This document shows, piece after piece, positions 23,715 through 37,213 of a stretch of 64,000 nucleotides of DNA. Source of the DNA: Escherichia coli (GTDB lineage Bacteria > Pseudomonadota > Gammaproteobacteria > Enterobacterales > Enterobacteriaceae); NCBI RefSeq assembly GCF_041248615.1, contig NZ_CP158426.1, one strand, 5' to 3'. The notes under the pieces are model-generated. The model saw nothing but the letters and a program-made list of their open reading frames with translations, was not told the origin of the DNA and searched no databases. Position 1 is the first letter of the stretch. Every line of letters begins with the position of its first letter. The position numbers and the translations under genes were made by a program.

Positions 23715-25031
23715 TCAGTTAGTTGCCGTTTGAGAACGGAAACGGGCAAAGATAAAGATGACCGCGAAGCAGAGTGCGGGGATCAGTTCAGCAGTGGGGA
23801 TGTTGCCCGCAGCGTCACTGACAAACCCCATGACCGGAGTGACAATACCGCCGCCAATAATGGTCATAACGATGAAGGACGAACCGTATTTGGTGTCCTG
23901 GCCGAGATTCTTAATGCCCAGCGAGAAGATTGTTGGGTACTGAATCGACATAAAGGCACTGCATAATGTCAGGGCTATTAAGCCCACATGACCGCCAGCG
24001 AAGGCTGAGATCAGGCACAGTGCCATAGCGATTAATGCGTAGGCTGCCAGGACTTTGTGTGGTGCGAAGCGACTGATGAGCCAGGTACCGGTGAAACGAC
24101 CAATAAAGAAGCACACCATGGTTCCGGTTAAATAGTTAGCGGCAAAGCCTGCGGTCATACCTGGAATTTCTTCTACAGCGTAGCGAATCAAATAGCTCCA
24201 GCAGGCCGTTTGCGCGCCGACATAGCAGAATTGCGCTAATACCGCCCAGCGCCAGTGACGAATACGCGCCAGACGAGAAAGCGATGCGGAGAACGATCCT
24301 TGTTTGGCGTCACTGTGATTATCACTCTGCAATGCCGGGAATTTCGTCAGCATGATCAGCAGGGCGACCAGTAACACGATAGCCACGATGATCATATAAG
24401 GTGTCTGTACCGATAATACCAGGCTGTGTTTATACGCACTCAATTGCTCTGGAGACATTTTATCGAGAACGTCTTGCGATTGATGTGGCACGTTAGACAA
24501 AATAAGACTTTGTCCAAAGACAACCGCGATAATTGCGCCAAACGAGTTAAATGTTTGCGCAAGATTTAAGCGGAAGTGACCACTGCTTTCCGGCCCTAAT
24601 ACCGTAACAAAAGGGTTTGCGGCAGTTTCCAGACAACCTAATCCGGCTGCAATAATAAATAGGCCAACTAAAAATAAGGTGTAGTTCATTATTTCTGCAG
24701 CGGGCCAGAATAATGCAGCGCCCAAGGCATATAAAAATAATCCGGTAATAATCCCTGCTTTATAACTGAGTTTTTTCATCAATATCCCAGCAGGGATTGG
24801 GATAATGAAATAACCAAAGTAAAAGGCCGATTGGATCAGGCCAGCCTGGAAATTTGTCAGCGTAAAAGCCTGCTGGAATTGAGGTAATAAAATGTCGTTA
24901 AGGTTATTGGCTACCGCCCAAAGAAAAAACAGTGAGCACAGCAGCGCGAATGGAATAATGTAACTTCTGCTTTGCCCTGCATCTTTATCTACCGCACGGT
25001 AACTCTGCGTTTGTATTGATGTGTTTCCCAT
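23715..25031 (-). CDS. fucP: L-fucose:H+ symporter (MFS)
   Basis: 438 aa polytopic membrane protein. Confidence 0.95.
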   Translation of the reverse strand: MGNTSIQTQSYRAVDKDAGQSRSYIIPFALLCSLFFLWAVANNLNDILLPQFQQAFTLTNFQAGLIQSAFYFGYFIIPIPAGILMKKLSYKAGIITGLFLYALGAALFWPAAEIMNYTLFLVGLFIIAAGLGCLETAANPFVTVLGPESSGHFRLNLAQTFNSFGAIIAVVFGQSLILSNVPHQSQDVLDKMSPEQLSAYKHSLVLSVQTPYMIIVAIVLLVALLIMLTKFPALQSDNHSDAKQGSFSASLSRLARIRHWRWAVLAQFCYVGAQTACWSYLIRYAVEEIPGMTAGFAANYLTGTMVCFFIGRFTGTWLISRFAPHKVLAAYALIAMALCLISAFAGGHVGLIALTLCSAFMSIQYPTIFSLGIKNLGQDTKYGSSFIVMTIIGGGIVTPVMGFVSDAAGNIPTAELIPALCFAVIFIFARFRSQTATN

Positions 25032-25577
25032 AGCATCCTCTTAGGTTCAGAAGCTTAAGCACGTAATCGGTTATGTTTTCAAAAGTGCAAAACCAGCGAG
25101 TTCGGGCTTCATATCAGTGAATATTTGCCTGTCAGAAATGAACTCATGGATTCATTTTCAAATAAAAAACGCTCTGTAATATGACGGCGGTCACACTTAT
25201 TAGCTGGGAGGTGACTTTATGTGACTACCATCACTTTAATAATCGAAATTTCATGCCCGTTTCAGAAAATAAATCATAAAAAACACAAACCCGATGACCG
25301 TATTAATTGTTTGTGCCGAAAACGGGCATTTCTGGCGAGGGGGAATGGAAAAATGACCGTTTTGATAAATATTTTTAAGAGCGGTCATTTTCAATAGGGT
25401 TATAAAAAGAGAACTTGCAGTTATTTACTATGATTAGTTGAACCAGGTCACAAAATATAAGCTTGTGAATTTCTTTCTGGTTAATCAGGAAGAAGATGGT
25501 GGGTAATTAAACGGCTAATTCAATAGTGTGAAAGGAACAACATTATTGCCCTGTTTTGAATCAGAGAGAGGTAGCTA
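25032..25577. promoter_or_regulatory. Divergent fucPIKUR / fucAO control region
   Basis: 546-bp AT-rich intergenic region between divergently transcribed operons; specific FucR/CRP sites not resolved by eye. Confidence 0.5.
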
Positions 25578-26225
25578 ATGGAACGAAATAAACTTGCTCG
25601 TCAGATTATTGACACTTGCCTGGAAATGACCCGCCTGGGACTGAACCAGGGGACAGCGGGTAACGTCAGTGTACGTTATCAGGATGGGATGCTGATTACG
25701 CCTACAGGTATTCCATATGAAAAACTGACGGAGTCGCATATTGTCTTTATTGATGGCAACGGTAAACATGAGGAAGGAAAGCTCCCCTCAAGCGAATGGC
25801 GTTTCCATATGGCGGCCTATCAAAGCAGACCGGATGCCAACGCGGTTGTTCACAATCATGCCGTTCATTGCACAGCAGTTTCCATTCTTAACCGACCGAT
25901 CCCCGCTATTCACTACATGATTGCGGCGGCTGGCGGTAATTCTATTCCTTGCGCGCCTTATGCGACCTTTGGAACACGCGAACTTTCTGAACATGTTGCG
26001 CTGGCTCTCAAAAATCGTAAGGCAACTTTGTTACAACATCATGGGCTTATCGCTTGTGAGGTGAATCTGGAAAAAGCGTTATGGCTGGCGCATGAAGTTG
26101 AAGTGCTGGCGCAACTTTACCTGACGACCCTGGCGATTACGGACCCGGTGCCAGTGCTGAGCGATGAAGAGATTGCCGTAGTGCTGGAGAAATTCAAAAC
26201 CTATGGGTTACGGATTGAAGAGTAA
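25578..26225 (+). CDS. fucA: L-fuculose-1-phosphate aldolase
   Basis: 215 aa class II aldolase. Confidence 0.95.
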   Translation: MERNKLARQIIDTCLEMTRLGLNQGTAGNVSVRYQDGMLITPTGIPYEKLTESHIVFIDGNGKHEEGKLPSSEWRFHMAAYQSRPDANAVVHNHAVHCTAVSILNRPIPAIHYMIAAAGGNSIPCAPYATFGTRELSEHVALALKNRKATLLQHHGLIACEVNLEKALWLAHEVEVLAQLYLTTLAITDPVPVLSDEEIAVVLEKFKTYGLRIEE

Positions 26226-26249
26226 TTTCGTAAAGCAACAAGGAGAAGG

Positions 26250-27401
26250 ATGATGGCTAACAGAATGATTCTGAACGAAACGGCATGGTTTGGTCGGGGT
26301 GCTGTTGGGGCTTTAACCGATGAGGTGAAACGCCGTGGTTATCAGAAGGCGCTGATCGTCACCGATAAAACGCTGGTGCAATGCGGCGTGGTGGCGAAAG
26401 TGACCGATAAGATGGATGCTGCAGGGCTGGCATGGGCGATTTACGACGGCGTAGTGCCCAACCCAACAATTACTGTCGTCAAAGAAGGGCTCGGTGTATT
26501 CCAGAATAGCGGCGCGGATTACCTGATCGCTATTGGTGGTGGTTCTCCACAGGATACTTGTAAAGCGATTGGCATTATCAGCAACAACCCGGAGTTTGCC
26601 GATGTGCGTAGCCTGGAAGGGCTTTCCCCGACCAATAAACCCAGTGTACCGATTCTGGCAATCCCCACCACAGCAGGCACTGCGGCAGAAGTGACCATTA
26701 ACTACGTGATCACTGACGAAGAGAAACGGCGCAAGTTTGTTTGCGTTGATCCGCATGATATCCCGCAGGTGGCGTTTATTGACGCTGACATGATGGATGG
26801 TATGCCTCCAGCGCTGAAAGCTGCGACGGGTGTCGATGCGCTCACTCATGCTATTGAGGGGTATATTACCCGTGGCGCGTGGGCGCTAACCGATGCACTG
26901 CACATTAAAGCGATTGAAATCATTGCTGGGGCGCTGCGAGGATCGGTTGCTGGTGATAAGGATGCCGGAGAAGAAATGGCGCTCGGGCAGTATGTTGCGG
27001 GTATGGGCTTCTCGAATGTTGGGTTAGGGTTGGTGCATGGTATGGCGCATCCACTGGGCGCGTTTTATAACACTCCACACGGTGTTGCGAACGCCATCCT
27101 GTTACCGCATGTCATGCGCTATAACGCTGACTTTACCGGTGAGAAGTACCGCGATATCGCGCGCGTTATGGGCGTGAAAGTGGAAGGTATGAGCCTGGAA
27201 GAGGCGCGTAATGCCGCTGTTGAAGCGGTGTTTGCTCTCAACCGTGATGTCGGTATTCCGCCACATTTGCGTGATGTTGGGGTACGCAAGGAAGACATTC
27301 CGGCACTGGCGCAGGCGGCACTGGATGATGTTTGTACCGGTGGCAACCCGCGTGAAGCAACGCTTGAGGATATTGTAGAGCTTTACCATACCGCCTGGTA
27401 A
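26250..27401 (+). CDS. fucO: L-1,2-propanediol oxidoreductase (lactaldehyde reductase), iron-dependent alcohol dehydrogenase
   Basis: 382/383 aa (tandem ATG ATG at 26250/26253); AGGAG ribosome-binding site. Confidence 0.95.
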   Translation: MMANRMILNETAWFGRGAVGALTDEVKRRGYQKALIVTDKTLVQCGVVAKVTDKMDAAGLAWAIYDGVVPNPTITVVKEGLGVFQNSGADYLIAIGGGSPQDTCKAIGIISNNPEFADVRSLEGLSPTNKPSVPILAIPTTAGTAAEVTINYVITDEEKRRKFVCVDPHDIPQVAFIDADMMDGMPPALKAATGVDALTHAIEGYITRGAWALTDALHIKAIEIIAGALRGSVAGDKDAGEEMALGQYVAGMGFSNVGLGLVHGMAHPLGAFYNTPHGVANAILLPHVMRYNADFTGEKYRDIARVMGVKVEGMSLEEARNAAVEAVFALNRDVGIPPHLRDVGVRKEDIPALAQAALDDVCTGGNPREATLEDIVELYHTAW

Positions 27402-27419
27402 ATGCGCTGATGTGATAAT

Positions 27420-27505
27420 GCCGGATGCGACGCTAGCCGCGTCTTATCCGGCATATAAGTGCATTAAATTCAATGTGCTGATAATCGTTTGCATCCGGCA
27501 CGTCG
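27420..27505. repeat. REP element plus partial REP between fucO and xni
   Basis: gccggatgcgacgctagccgcgtcttatccggcat, then a partial copy ...tttgcatccggca. Confidence 0.7.
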
Positions 27506-29739
<2,234 letters not shown>

Positions 29740-29796
29740 AGGAAATACATCGCGTTAAAACGGAGGAAGCGCCGCCCGAAAGCGGCGCGAAAGGAC

Positions 29797-31086
29797 TTAG
29801 CTGAACAGAGAGTAGAAGATTGCGGAGATTGCAATCAGACCCATCACGACAACGAATACGTTGCTGATGTGACCGCTGTACTTACGCATTGCCGGTACTT
29901 TCTGAATTGCGTACATCGGCATCAGGAACAGGATCATCGCGATGATTGGGCCGCCCAGGGTTTCAATCATACCCAGGATGCTCGGGTTCAGGGTGGCAAC
30001 AATCCAGGTCGTTACCAGCATGAACAGCGCAGTGATACGGTTCAGCTTGTTGATTTCGATAGACTTACCTTTACCACGCAGAGATTTAATCACCATACCG
30101 TTGAAGCCTTCACGTGCGCCCAGGTAGTGGCCGAGGAAGGATTTGGTGATAGCGATAATCGCGATAATCGGTGCCATCCACGCGATAACCGGTGCGTTAA
30201 AGTGGTTAGCCAGGTAAGACAGAATCGAGATGTTCTGCTCTTTAGCCGCAGCCAGGTCTGCCGGAGTCAGGCTCAGTACGCAGCTGAAGACGAAGAACAT
30301 TACGGTCAGCACCATCATGATGTGTGCGAATGCAAGGATCTTCGAACATTTCTGTTCTGCCATATCGCCGTACTCTTCACGCTTCGCAACGGCGAAAGAA
30401 GAGATGATCGGAGAGTGGTTGAACGAGAACACCATTACCGGAATTGCCAGCCACAGGGTCATCCACAGACCGTTTCCGGTTGCAGATGCAGTGTCCAGAG
30501 ACAGCGTTTCCAGTGCTGCGCCGTTCCACTGCGGGATCAGGTACAGAGCCAGCAGCATCAGTACGCCAACAAACGGGAATACCAGAATACTCATCGCTTT
30601 AACGATCATCTGCTCACCGAAGCGAACGATGGTCATCATACCCACGATCAGGATCAGCGACAGAATCGCACGCGGCGGTGGCGTCATACCCAGCTGGTGA
30701 GACATGAAGCTTTCAACTGTATTGGTGATTGCCACGCTATAAACCAGCAGGATCGGGTAGATAGCGAAGAAGTAGAGCAGGGTAATCAGTTTACCTGCGC
30801 CAATACCAAAGTGTTCTTCTACAACCTCGGTGATGTCTTCGCCCGGGTTTTTACCAGACAGTACGAAGCGAGTCAGACCGCGGTGAGCAAAAAATGTCAT
30901 CGGGAACGCAAGGATAGCCATGATGATCAGCGGGATCATACCGCCAACACCGGCGTTGATTGGCAGGAACAGCACGCCCGCGCCGATTGCCGTGCCGTAA
31001 AGGCCCAGCATCCACATGGTGTCTGTCTTGCGCCAGGCACTACGAGAGTCTTTCGACGCAATCGTGCTGGTTTGAGTCGTTTCCAT
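29797..31086 (-). CDS. sdaC: Serine:H+ symporter
   Basis: 429 aa polytopic membrane protein, HAAAP family. Confidence 0.95.
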   Translation of the reverse strand: METTQTSTIASKDSRSAWRKTDTMWMLGLYGTAIGAGVLFLPINAGVGGMIPLIIMAILAFPMTFFAHRGLTRFVLSGKNPGEDITEVVEEHFGIGAGKLITLLYFFAIYPILLVYSVAITNTVESFMSHQLGMTPPPRAILSLILIVGMMTIVRFGEQMIVKAMSILVFPFVGVLMLLALYLIPQWNGAALETLSLDTASATGNGLWMTLWLAIPVMVFSFNHSPIISSFAVAKREEYGDMAEQKCSKILAFAHIMMVLTVMFFVFSCVLSLTPADLAAAKEQNISILSYLANHFNAPVIAWMAPIIAIIAITKSFLGHYLGAREGFNGMVIKSLRGKGKSIEINKLNRITALFMLVTTWIVATLNPSILGMIETLGGPIIAMILFLMPMYAIQKVPAMRKYSGHISNVFVVVMGLIAISAIFYSLFS

Positions 31087-31641
31087 CTATTTCTCCTGGA
31101 GGAATGCAAATAATTCAGCTTTTAGCCAGTTCAGCCCGGGAAGGTGCCTGACCGTAAAAATGAAATCTGTCTATCGGCGATGGCTTAATCATTTACCGCC
31201 GTAATAATTTGAGGGCGGAAAGATACACACAAGTTATGTATCTATCAGTGATCTTGATCCCAAATACAATAATCTACTTGGAAGATAGATTATCCCAACG
31301 CTTTACTCTGTAAATCAAAAGTAAAAGAGAATTTAAGGGCAATATTTGCCCATTAAACGACATCTGACTTCTTCCGGGGCGCGCAATATATGTAGGTTGA
31401 ACTGAAAAAATCAATACTTTTAGTTAATCATGGCGATAATTTCTTTTTCATAGCGATAAAATGTGGTTTATGAAAATAGGGAAACGTTTGCGTTACAACA
31501 TAAATTGTATGACATATTAACTGTAATGATATTTATCGCGTGAGGGTGGTAAGAAACATTCATATAACAAATGAAATAAATTGATGGGTATGTGACCAAA
31601 AACGAGAAAACCCGGCAACAAACGTCACCGGGGGAGGGAGA

Positions 31642-33006
31642 TTACGTGCAGATTTCGTAGCAAGGGATGTAGGCTGAGCCTGGCAACTTCATACGATGCT
31701 GGGCAACAAAACCCTGTAGCAGGTCATCCATACGACGCATAATCTCTTTATCGCCGTTGATTTTATAAGGACCAAACTCTTCAATGGCGCGAATACCGAC
31801 TTCTTTTACGTTACCCGCCACAATACCGGAGAACGCACGGCGCAGGTCGGCAGCCAGCACTTCAACGGGTTGATCCGGGTAAAGCTTCAGATTAGCCATA
31901 TTCTCGTGAGACGGCTCAAACGGCATTTGCAAATCTGGCGCAATGCGCATTGACCAGTTAAAGCTGTAGGCATCGCCTGTGTCGCGGCGATTTTCTTTCA
32001 CCAGCGGCATCGATTTTTTCATCTGACGAGCGACTTCAGCGGCGTCATCAATGATGATGCGGTAATGGCGGCGCGCGTTTTCACCCAACGTATGCACGAC
32101 AAACTCGTCCAGTACGCGGAAGTAGTCGGCGCTCTCTTTCGGGCCGGTGAGGATCAATGGTAAAACCTGATCTTTGTTGGCCGGGTTCATTAAAATTCCC
32201 AGCAAATACAGCAACTCTTCTGCCGTACCCACACCGCCAGGGAAGATAATGATACCGTGAGCGATACGGACAAACGCTTCCAGACGTTTTTCGATATCCG
32301 GCATGATGATCAATTCGTTGACCAGCGGGTTAGGCGGTTCAGCGGCGATAATCGACGGCTCTGTCATACCAATAAAACGACTGTCTTTGTAACGCTGCTG
32401 TGCGTGTCCGACCGCAGCGCCTTTCATCGGCGCTTCCATCGCTCCCGGACCACAGCCGGTGCAGATATTCAGCTCACGCAGGCCCAGCTGATTCCCGACG
32501 CGACGGGCATACAAATACTCGTTTTCGTTAATTGAGTGCCCGCCCCAGCAGACCACCATATTTGGCGCTTCACCAACATGCAGCGCGCGAGCGTTACGCA
32601 AGATGGAAAAGACCAGGTTAGTGATGTGGACGGAGTTGTCGAGATTCAGGTTGGGAAAACGAACAGTATTATGGATTTGCCCGTAAACGAAGAGAATGTC
32701 GCGCAGAACCGCGAACAAGTTGGCCTGCAAAGCGCGAATAATTCGCCCATCGACAAAAGCCTCTTCCGGGGGATTAATCAGTTCCAGCTTTACGCCGCGT
32801 TCACGGCGCAAGACGTTAATATCGAAATTTTCAAAACGAGACAGCAATTCTTTGCTGTTATCGGTCAAACTACCGGAGTTCAGTACGGCAAGTGAACAGT
32901 TGCGAAACAGTTGATAGAGGTCGCTGCTGGCGGTGCGTTTAAGCATATCCACTTCCAGCTGCGACAACATATCCATGGAGCCAAGCGGGCTAATATGTGT
33001 AATCAA
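31642..33006 (-). CDS. ppnN: Pyrimidine/purine nucleotide 5'-monophosphate nucleosidase (LOG family)
   Basis: 454 aa (formerly ygdH). Confidence 0.9.
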
Positions 33007-33117
33007 GAAAAACTCCTTATGGGACGAATATCGTCATTCCCTTTGATTACAATAGCCCTGCCTGATGACCTTTCACAACCTTCTGCGTGAATCCAGCACG
33101 CAAAATTGAGAAAAAAT

Positions 33118-33966
33118 TTATTGCCGAACCAGTCTTGTGGTCGATGGGACAAAATCGCTATTACTGCGCCACGGGTTAATGTCCAGACCGCCACGACGGG
33201 TATAACGTGCGTAAACGCTCAATTTCTCTGGCTGGCAGAAGCGTAACAGGTCATTAAAGATGCGTTCCACGCACTGTTCGTGGAACTCGTTGTGATGACG
33301 GAAAGAAACCAGGTAACGCAGCAGTTTTTCTCTGTCAATTTGGCGTCCACGATACTGAATTTGGATCGATCCCCAATCTGGTTGATGGGTGATCAGGCAA
33401 TTTGATTTCAGCAGGTGGCTGACGAGCGTCTCTTCTACTACTTTTTCGCCACTGGTGGCATTCTCCAGATAGTCAGTAGTGAATTCATAGTTATCGATAG
33501 TGATATCCTGGTCATCAATGCAAGTGCCATTGAAATGACCTATCGGTTGGCCTTCCAGATCATCAAGACGATATAACGCCACGCTAACCTTACCCTGAGC
33601 GCAAGTGCTTAAGTCGCGCTCCAGCGTCTGGCGCACCTCATCCCAGTTATTAAAACGCGTCTGGTTAAAACTGTTGAGATAGAGCTTAAAACTCTTCGAC
33701 TCAATCAGATTTGCGCTGGTGTAATCAAGTGCAACATGACCGACGGCGACCTGCGGCAAACCTTTCGCATTCAGCCAGGAAAGTTCATACAGCGTCCAGA
33801 TATCCGTACCGTGAAAAGGCAGGTTATCCGCTTTCAGACCCAGCGGATCGCGATTCAGACTACGTGGAACGCCTTGCAGTAGGCTGGCGTCATAGGTATC
33901 CCGGTAATCGGTTGATTTTCCAAGAGTCAGGCCCGCAAGTGCCTGATGGTTTGCATAAGAAGACAT
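33118..33966 (-). CDS. queF: NADPH-dependent 7-cyano-7-deazaguanine reductase
   Basis: 282 aa, two-domain QueF type. Confidence 0.9.
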   Translation of the reverse strand: MSSYANHQALAGLTLGKSTDYRDTYDASLLQGVPRSLNRDPLGLKADNLPFHGTDIWTLYELSWLNAKGLPQVAVGHVALDYTSANLIESKSFKLYLNSFNQTRFNNWDEVRQTLERDLSTCAQGKVSVALYRLDDLEGQPIGHFNGTCIDDQDITIDNYEFTTDYLENATSGEKVVEETLVSHLLKSNCLITHQPDWGSIQIQYRGRQIDREKLLRYLVSFRHHNEFHEQCVERIFNDLLRFCQPEKLSVYARYTRRGGLDINPWRSNSDFVPSTTRLVRQ

Positions 33967-34033
33967 GTTTCACCGTCATAAACCAGATAAACTAAACGAC
34001 AAGTGTATCTGGTTTAAGTGAAGAGAGAAATTA

Positions 34034-34579
34034 GTGGACGATTTGACCGCACAAGCCCTGAAAGATTTTACTGCACGCTACTGCGATGCGTGGAATGAAG
34101 AGCATAAAAGCTGGCCGTTGAGTGAGGAACTGTACGGCGTTCCTTCACCGTGCATTATTTCAACCACCGAAGACGCCGTATACTGGCAACCCCAGCCGTT
34201 TACCGGGGAACAAAATGTAAACGCGGTTGAACGCGCTTTTGATATTGTGATACAACCCACAATTCATACCTTTTATACGACTCAGTTTGCCGGGGATATG
34301 CACGCGCAGTTTGGCGATATTAAACTGACATTGCTGCAAACCTGGAGTGAAGACGACTTCCGTCGGGTGCAGGAAAATCTGATTGGTCATCTGGTGACTC
34401 AGAAAAGGCTAAAACTGCCGCCCACGCTATTTATCGCGACGCTGGAAGAAGAGTTAGAGGTGATCTCGGTGTGTAATCTCTCCGGTGAAGTGTGCAAAGA
34501 GACGCTGGGAACACGTAAACGGACGCATTTAGCCTCAAATCTTGCGGAATTCCTTAATCAACTTAAGCCTCTTCTGTAA
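34034..34579 (+). CDS. syd: SecY-interacting protein Syd
   Basis: 181 aa. Confidence 0.9.
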   Translation: MDDLTAQALKDFTARYCDAWNEEHKSWPLSEELYGVPSPCIISTTEDAVYWQPQPFTGEQNVNAVERAFDIVIQPTIHTFYTTQFAGDMHAQFGDIKLTLLQTWSEDDFRRVQENLIGHLVTQKRLKLPPTLFIATLEEELEVISVCNLSGEVCKETLGTRKRTHLASNLAEFLNQLKPLL

Positions 34580-34789
34580 TCCAAATACCCCATCTGGTTG
34601 TGAGAGATCTCTTACAGACTCTGTAGGAGATCGCCAGGAAATAAGCGAATACTTAAAAAAATAAGAATCGTTATTTTCATTTAAAATCAATATATTGCTT
34701 GTCAATTCTTAACTTTCATATGAAATTTTCCTTAAGGCATTGTCTGTAAGCGCCTTGTAAGACTTCGCGAAAAAGACGATTCTATCTTC

Positions 34790-35155
34790 GTCGACAGGGA
34801 GTCAGACAACGAAGTGAACATCAGGATGATGACACTTCTGAAGGACACACCAGGATGGTGTTTCAGGGAAAGGCTTCTGGATGAAGCGAAGAGGATGACG
34901 CAGGACGCGTTAAAGGACACCTCCAGGATGGAGAATGAGAACCGGTCAGGATGATTCGGTGGGTCAGGAAGGCCAGGGACACTTCAGGATGAAGTATCAC
35001 ATCGGGGTGGTGTGAGCAGGAAGCAATAGTTCAGGATGAACGATTGGCCGCAAGGCCAGAGGAAAAGTTGTCAAGGATGAGCAGGGAGCAACAAAAGTAG
35101 CTGGAATGCTGCGAAACGAACCGGGAGCACTGTGAATACAGTGCTCCCTTTTTTT
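34790..35155 (+). ncRNA. csrB: CsrB small RNA (CsrA-sequestering)
   Basis: Begins GTCGACAGGGAGTCAGACAACGAAGTGAACATCAGGATGATG; about 17-18 CAGGA(U/A)G / AGGA motifs seen; ends in the GGGAGCACTGTGAATACAGTGCTCCCTTTTTTT terminator; lies between syd and yqcC. Confidence 0.9.
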
Positions 35156-35200
35156 ATTCCTGCTATCCTTCGCGGCAGTTTTTCTTATTGAGGTTGCTTT

Positions 35201-35530
35201 ATGACCACTCATGACCGCGTTCGTCTCCAGCTGCAGGCGCTTGAAGCATTACTGCGTGAACATCAGCACTGGCAAAACGATGAACCCCAGCCGCATCAAT
35301 TTAACAGTACCCAACCGTTCTTTATGGACACCATGGAACCACTGGAGTGGTTGCAGTGGGTGCTGATCCCGCGAATGCACGATTTGTTAGATAACAACCA
35401 GCCGTTACCGGGCGCTTTTGCCGTCGCACCCTATTATGAAATGGCGCTGGCGACGGACCACCCGCAACGCGCGCTTATTCTGGCTGAGCTGGAAAAACTG
35501 GATGCTCTTTTTGCGGATGATGCGAGCTAA
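35201..35530 (+). CDS. yqcC: DUF446 protein YqcC
   Basis: 109 aa; stop overlaps truC start. Confidence 0.85.
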   Translation: MTTHDRVRLQLQALEALLREHQHWQNDEPQPHQFNSTQPFFMDTMEPLEWLQWVLIPRMHDLLDNNQPLPGAFAVAPYYEMALATDHPQRALILAELEKLDALFADDAS

Positions 35531-36312
35531 TGCTGGAAATACTCTATCAGGATGAATGGCTGGTTGCGGTAAATAAACCCTCCGGCTGGCTGGTTCACCG
35601 CAGCTGGCTGGATCGCGACGAGAAAGTAGTGGTCATGCAAACCGTGCGTGACCAGATAGGCCAGCATGTGTTTACTGCTCATCGTCTGGACCGACCAACT
35701 TCTGGTGTGTTGTTGATGGGATTATCCAGCGAGGCCGGACGGCTGCTGGCACAACAGTTTGAACAGCACCAAATCCAGAAACGTTACCATGCGATTGTGC
35801 GCGGCTGGTTGATGGAAGAAGCAGTTCTGGATTATCCACTGGTGGAAGAACTGGACAAAATCGCTGATAAATTTGCCCGCGAAGATAAAGGCCCACAGCC
35901 AGCAGTGACGCATTATCGCGGTCTGGCGACCGTAGAAATGCCGGTAGCGACCGGACGTTACCCGACCACGCGCTACGGCCTGGTGGAACTGGAGCCGAAA
36001 ACCGGACGTAAGCACCAGCTCCGTCGCCATCTTGCCCATTTGCGCCACCCGATTATTGGCGACAGCAAACATGGTGATTTACGCCAGAATCGCAGCGGTG
36101 CTGAACATTTTGGCCTTCAGCGGTTAATGCTGCATGCCAGTCAGTTGTCATTGACGCATCCTTTTACTGGCGAGCCGCTGACTATTCACGCGGGCCTGGA
36201 CGACACCTGGATGCAGGCGTTATCACAATTTGGCTGGCGGGGTCTGCTTCCTGAAAATGAAAGGGTTGAGTTCAGTGCGCCATCGGGTCAGGATGGAGAG
36301 ATAAGTTCCTAA
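35530..36312 (+). CDS. truC: tRNA pseudouridine65 synthase
   Basis: 260 aa, RluA-family motif HRLDRPTSG. Confidence 0.9.
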   Translation: MLEILYQDEWLVAVNKPSGWLVHRSWLDRDEKVVVMQTVRDQIGQHVFTAHRLDRPTSGVLLMGLSSEAGRLLAQQFEQHQIQKRYHAIVRGWLMEEAVLDYPLVEELDKIADKFAREDKGPQPAVTHYRGLATVEMPVATGRYPTTRYGLVELEPKTGRKHQLRRHLAHLRHPIIGDSKHGDLRQNRSGAEHFGLQRLMLHASQLSLTHPFTGEPLTIHAGLDDTWMQALSQFGWRGLLPENERVEFSAPSGQDGEISS

Positions 36313-36329
36313 TCCAGGGAGAAAACGGT

Positions 36330-36779
36330 ATGGCGGAAATTGGTATTTTTGTCGGCACTATGTACGGAAATTCGCTGTTAGTGGCGGAAGAAGCGGAAGC
36401 AATTCTGACCGCGCAGGGCCACAAAGCAACGGTATTTGAAGATCCTGAATTAAGCGACTGGCTGCCCTATCAGGATAAGTATGTTCTGGTGGTTACGTCC
36501 ACGACCGGGCAGGGCGACCTTCCTGATAGCATTGTGCCGCTCTTTCAGGGAATCAAAGATACCCTGGGCTTCCAGCCGAATCTGCGTTATGGCGTGATTG
36601 CGCTCGGCGACAGTAGTTATGTGAATTTCTGCAATGGCGGCAAACAGTTCGATGCCTTGTTGCAGGAACAGAGCGCTCAGCGGGTTGGCGAAATGCTGTT
36701 GATTGACGCCAGTGAGAACCCGGAACCGGAAACGGAATCAAATCCGTGGGTCGAACATTGGGGCACGCTGTTGTCCTGA
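36330..36779 (+). CDS. yqcA: Flavodoxin-like protein YqcA
   Basis: 149 aa, short-chain flavodoxin fold. Confidence 0.85.
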   Translation: MAEIGIFVGTMYGNSLLVAEEAEAILTAQGHKATVFEDPELSDWLPYQDKYVLVVTSTTGQGDLPDSIVPLFQGIKDTLGFQPNLRYGVIALGDSSYVNFCNGGKQFDALLQEQSAQRVGEMLLIDASENPEPETESNPWVEHWGTLLS

Positions 36780-37213
36780 TATGTTCAGCGAGCGGTAAAT
36801 GCCGTTTTAGCGGTGCTGAATCGAATCTTTTCAGGCAAATGCCAGTAAAAACTGCTTCATAGCGCGGATTTTTACTGGCGTTTGCCTGGAGTCAAGCGAT
36901 CCATTTCATACTCTTCTTTATTTCTTCGTTTTAACCCTTCCTTTCTTGTTCTTGTTTTCATTTCCGTGAAGTGGATTCCACCGTCCAGGGCTAATGCCAA
37001 AATCGGGCCTCATTGAACGCATTAATGTTGTGTTGTTGCACGGTGAGCCGCTATGGCGCGCTTTTTATACTGCTATTGCCAGATATAAACACGCGCCGTA
37101 TTCGGCGAACGACCTATAAAAACGGCAAAAAACACCCTACGTCACCTCTGATTTCCTGGCGATGTCGCAGTCCAGAGTGAGCGTGGCTAACGCGAATTTT
37201 CAGGAGTGCAACA

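Noticed and set aside
34732-35212. Small minus-strand ORFs of 62 and 71 aa
   Set aside because: Embedded in the CsrB sRNA, whose GGA-repeat structure explains the sequence.
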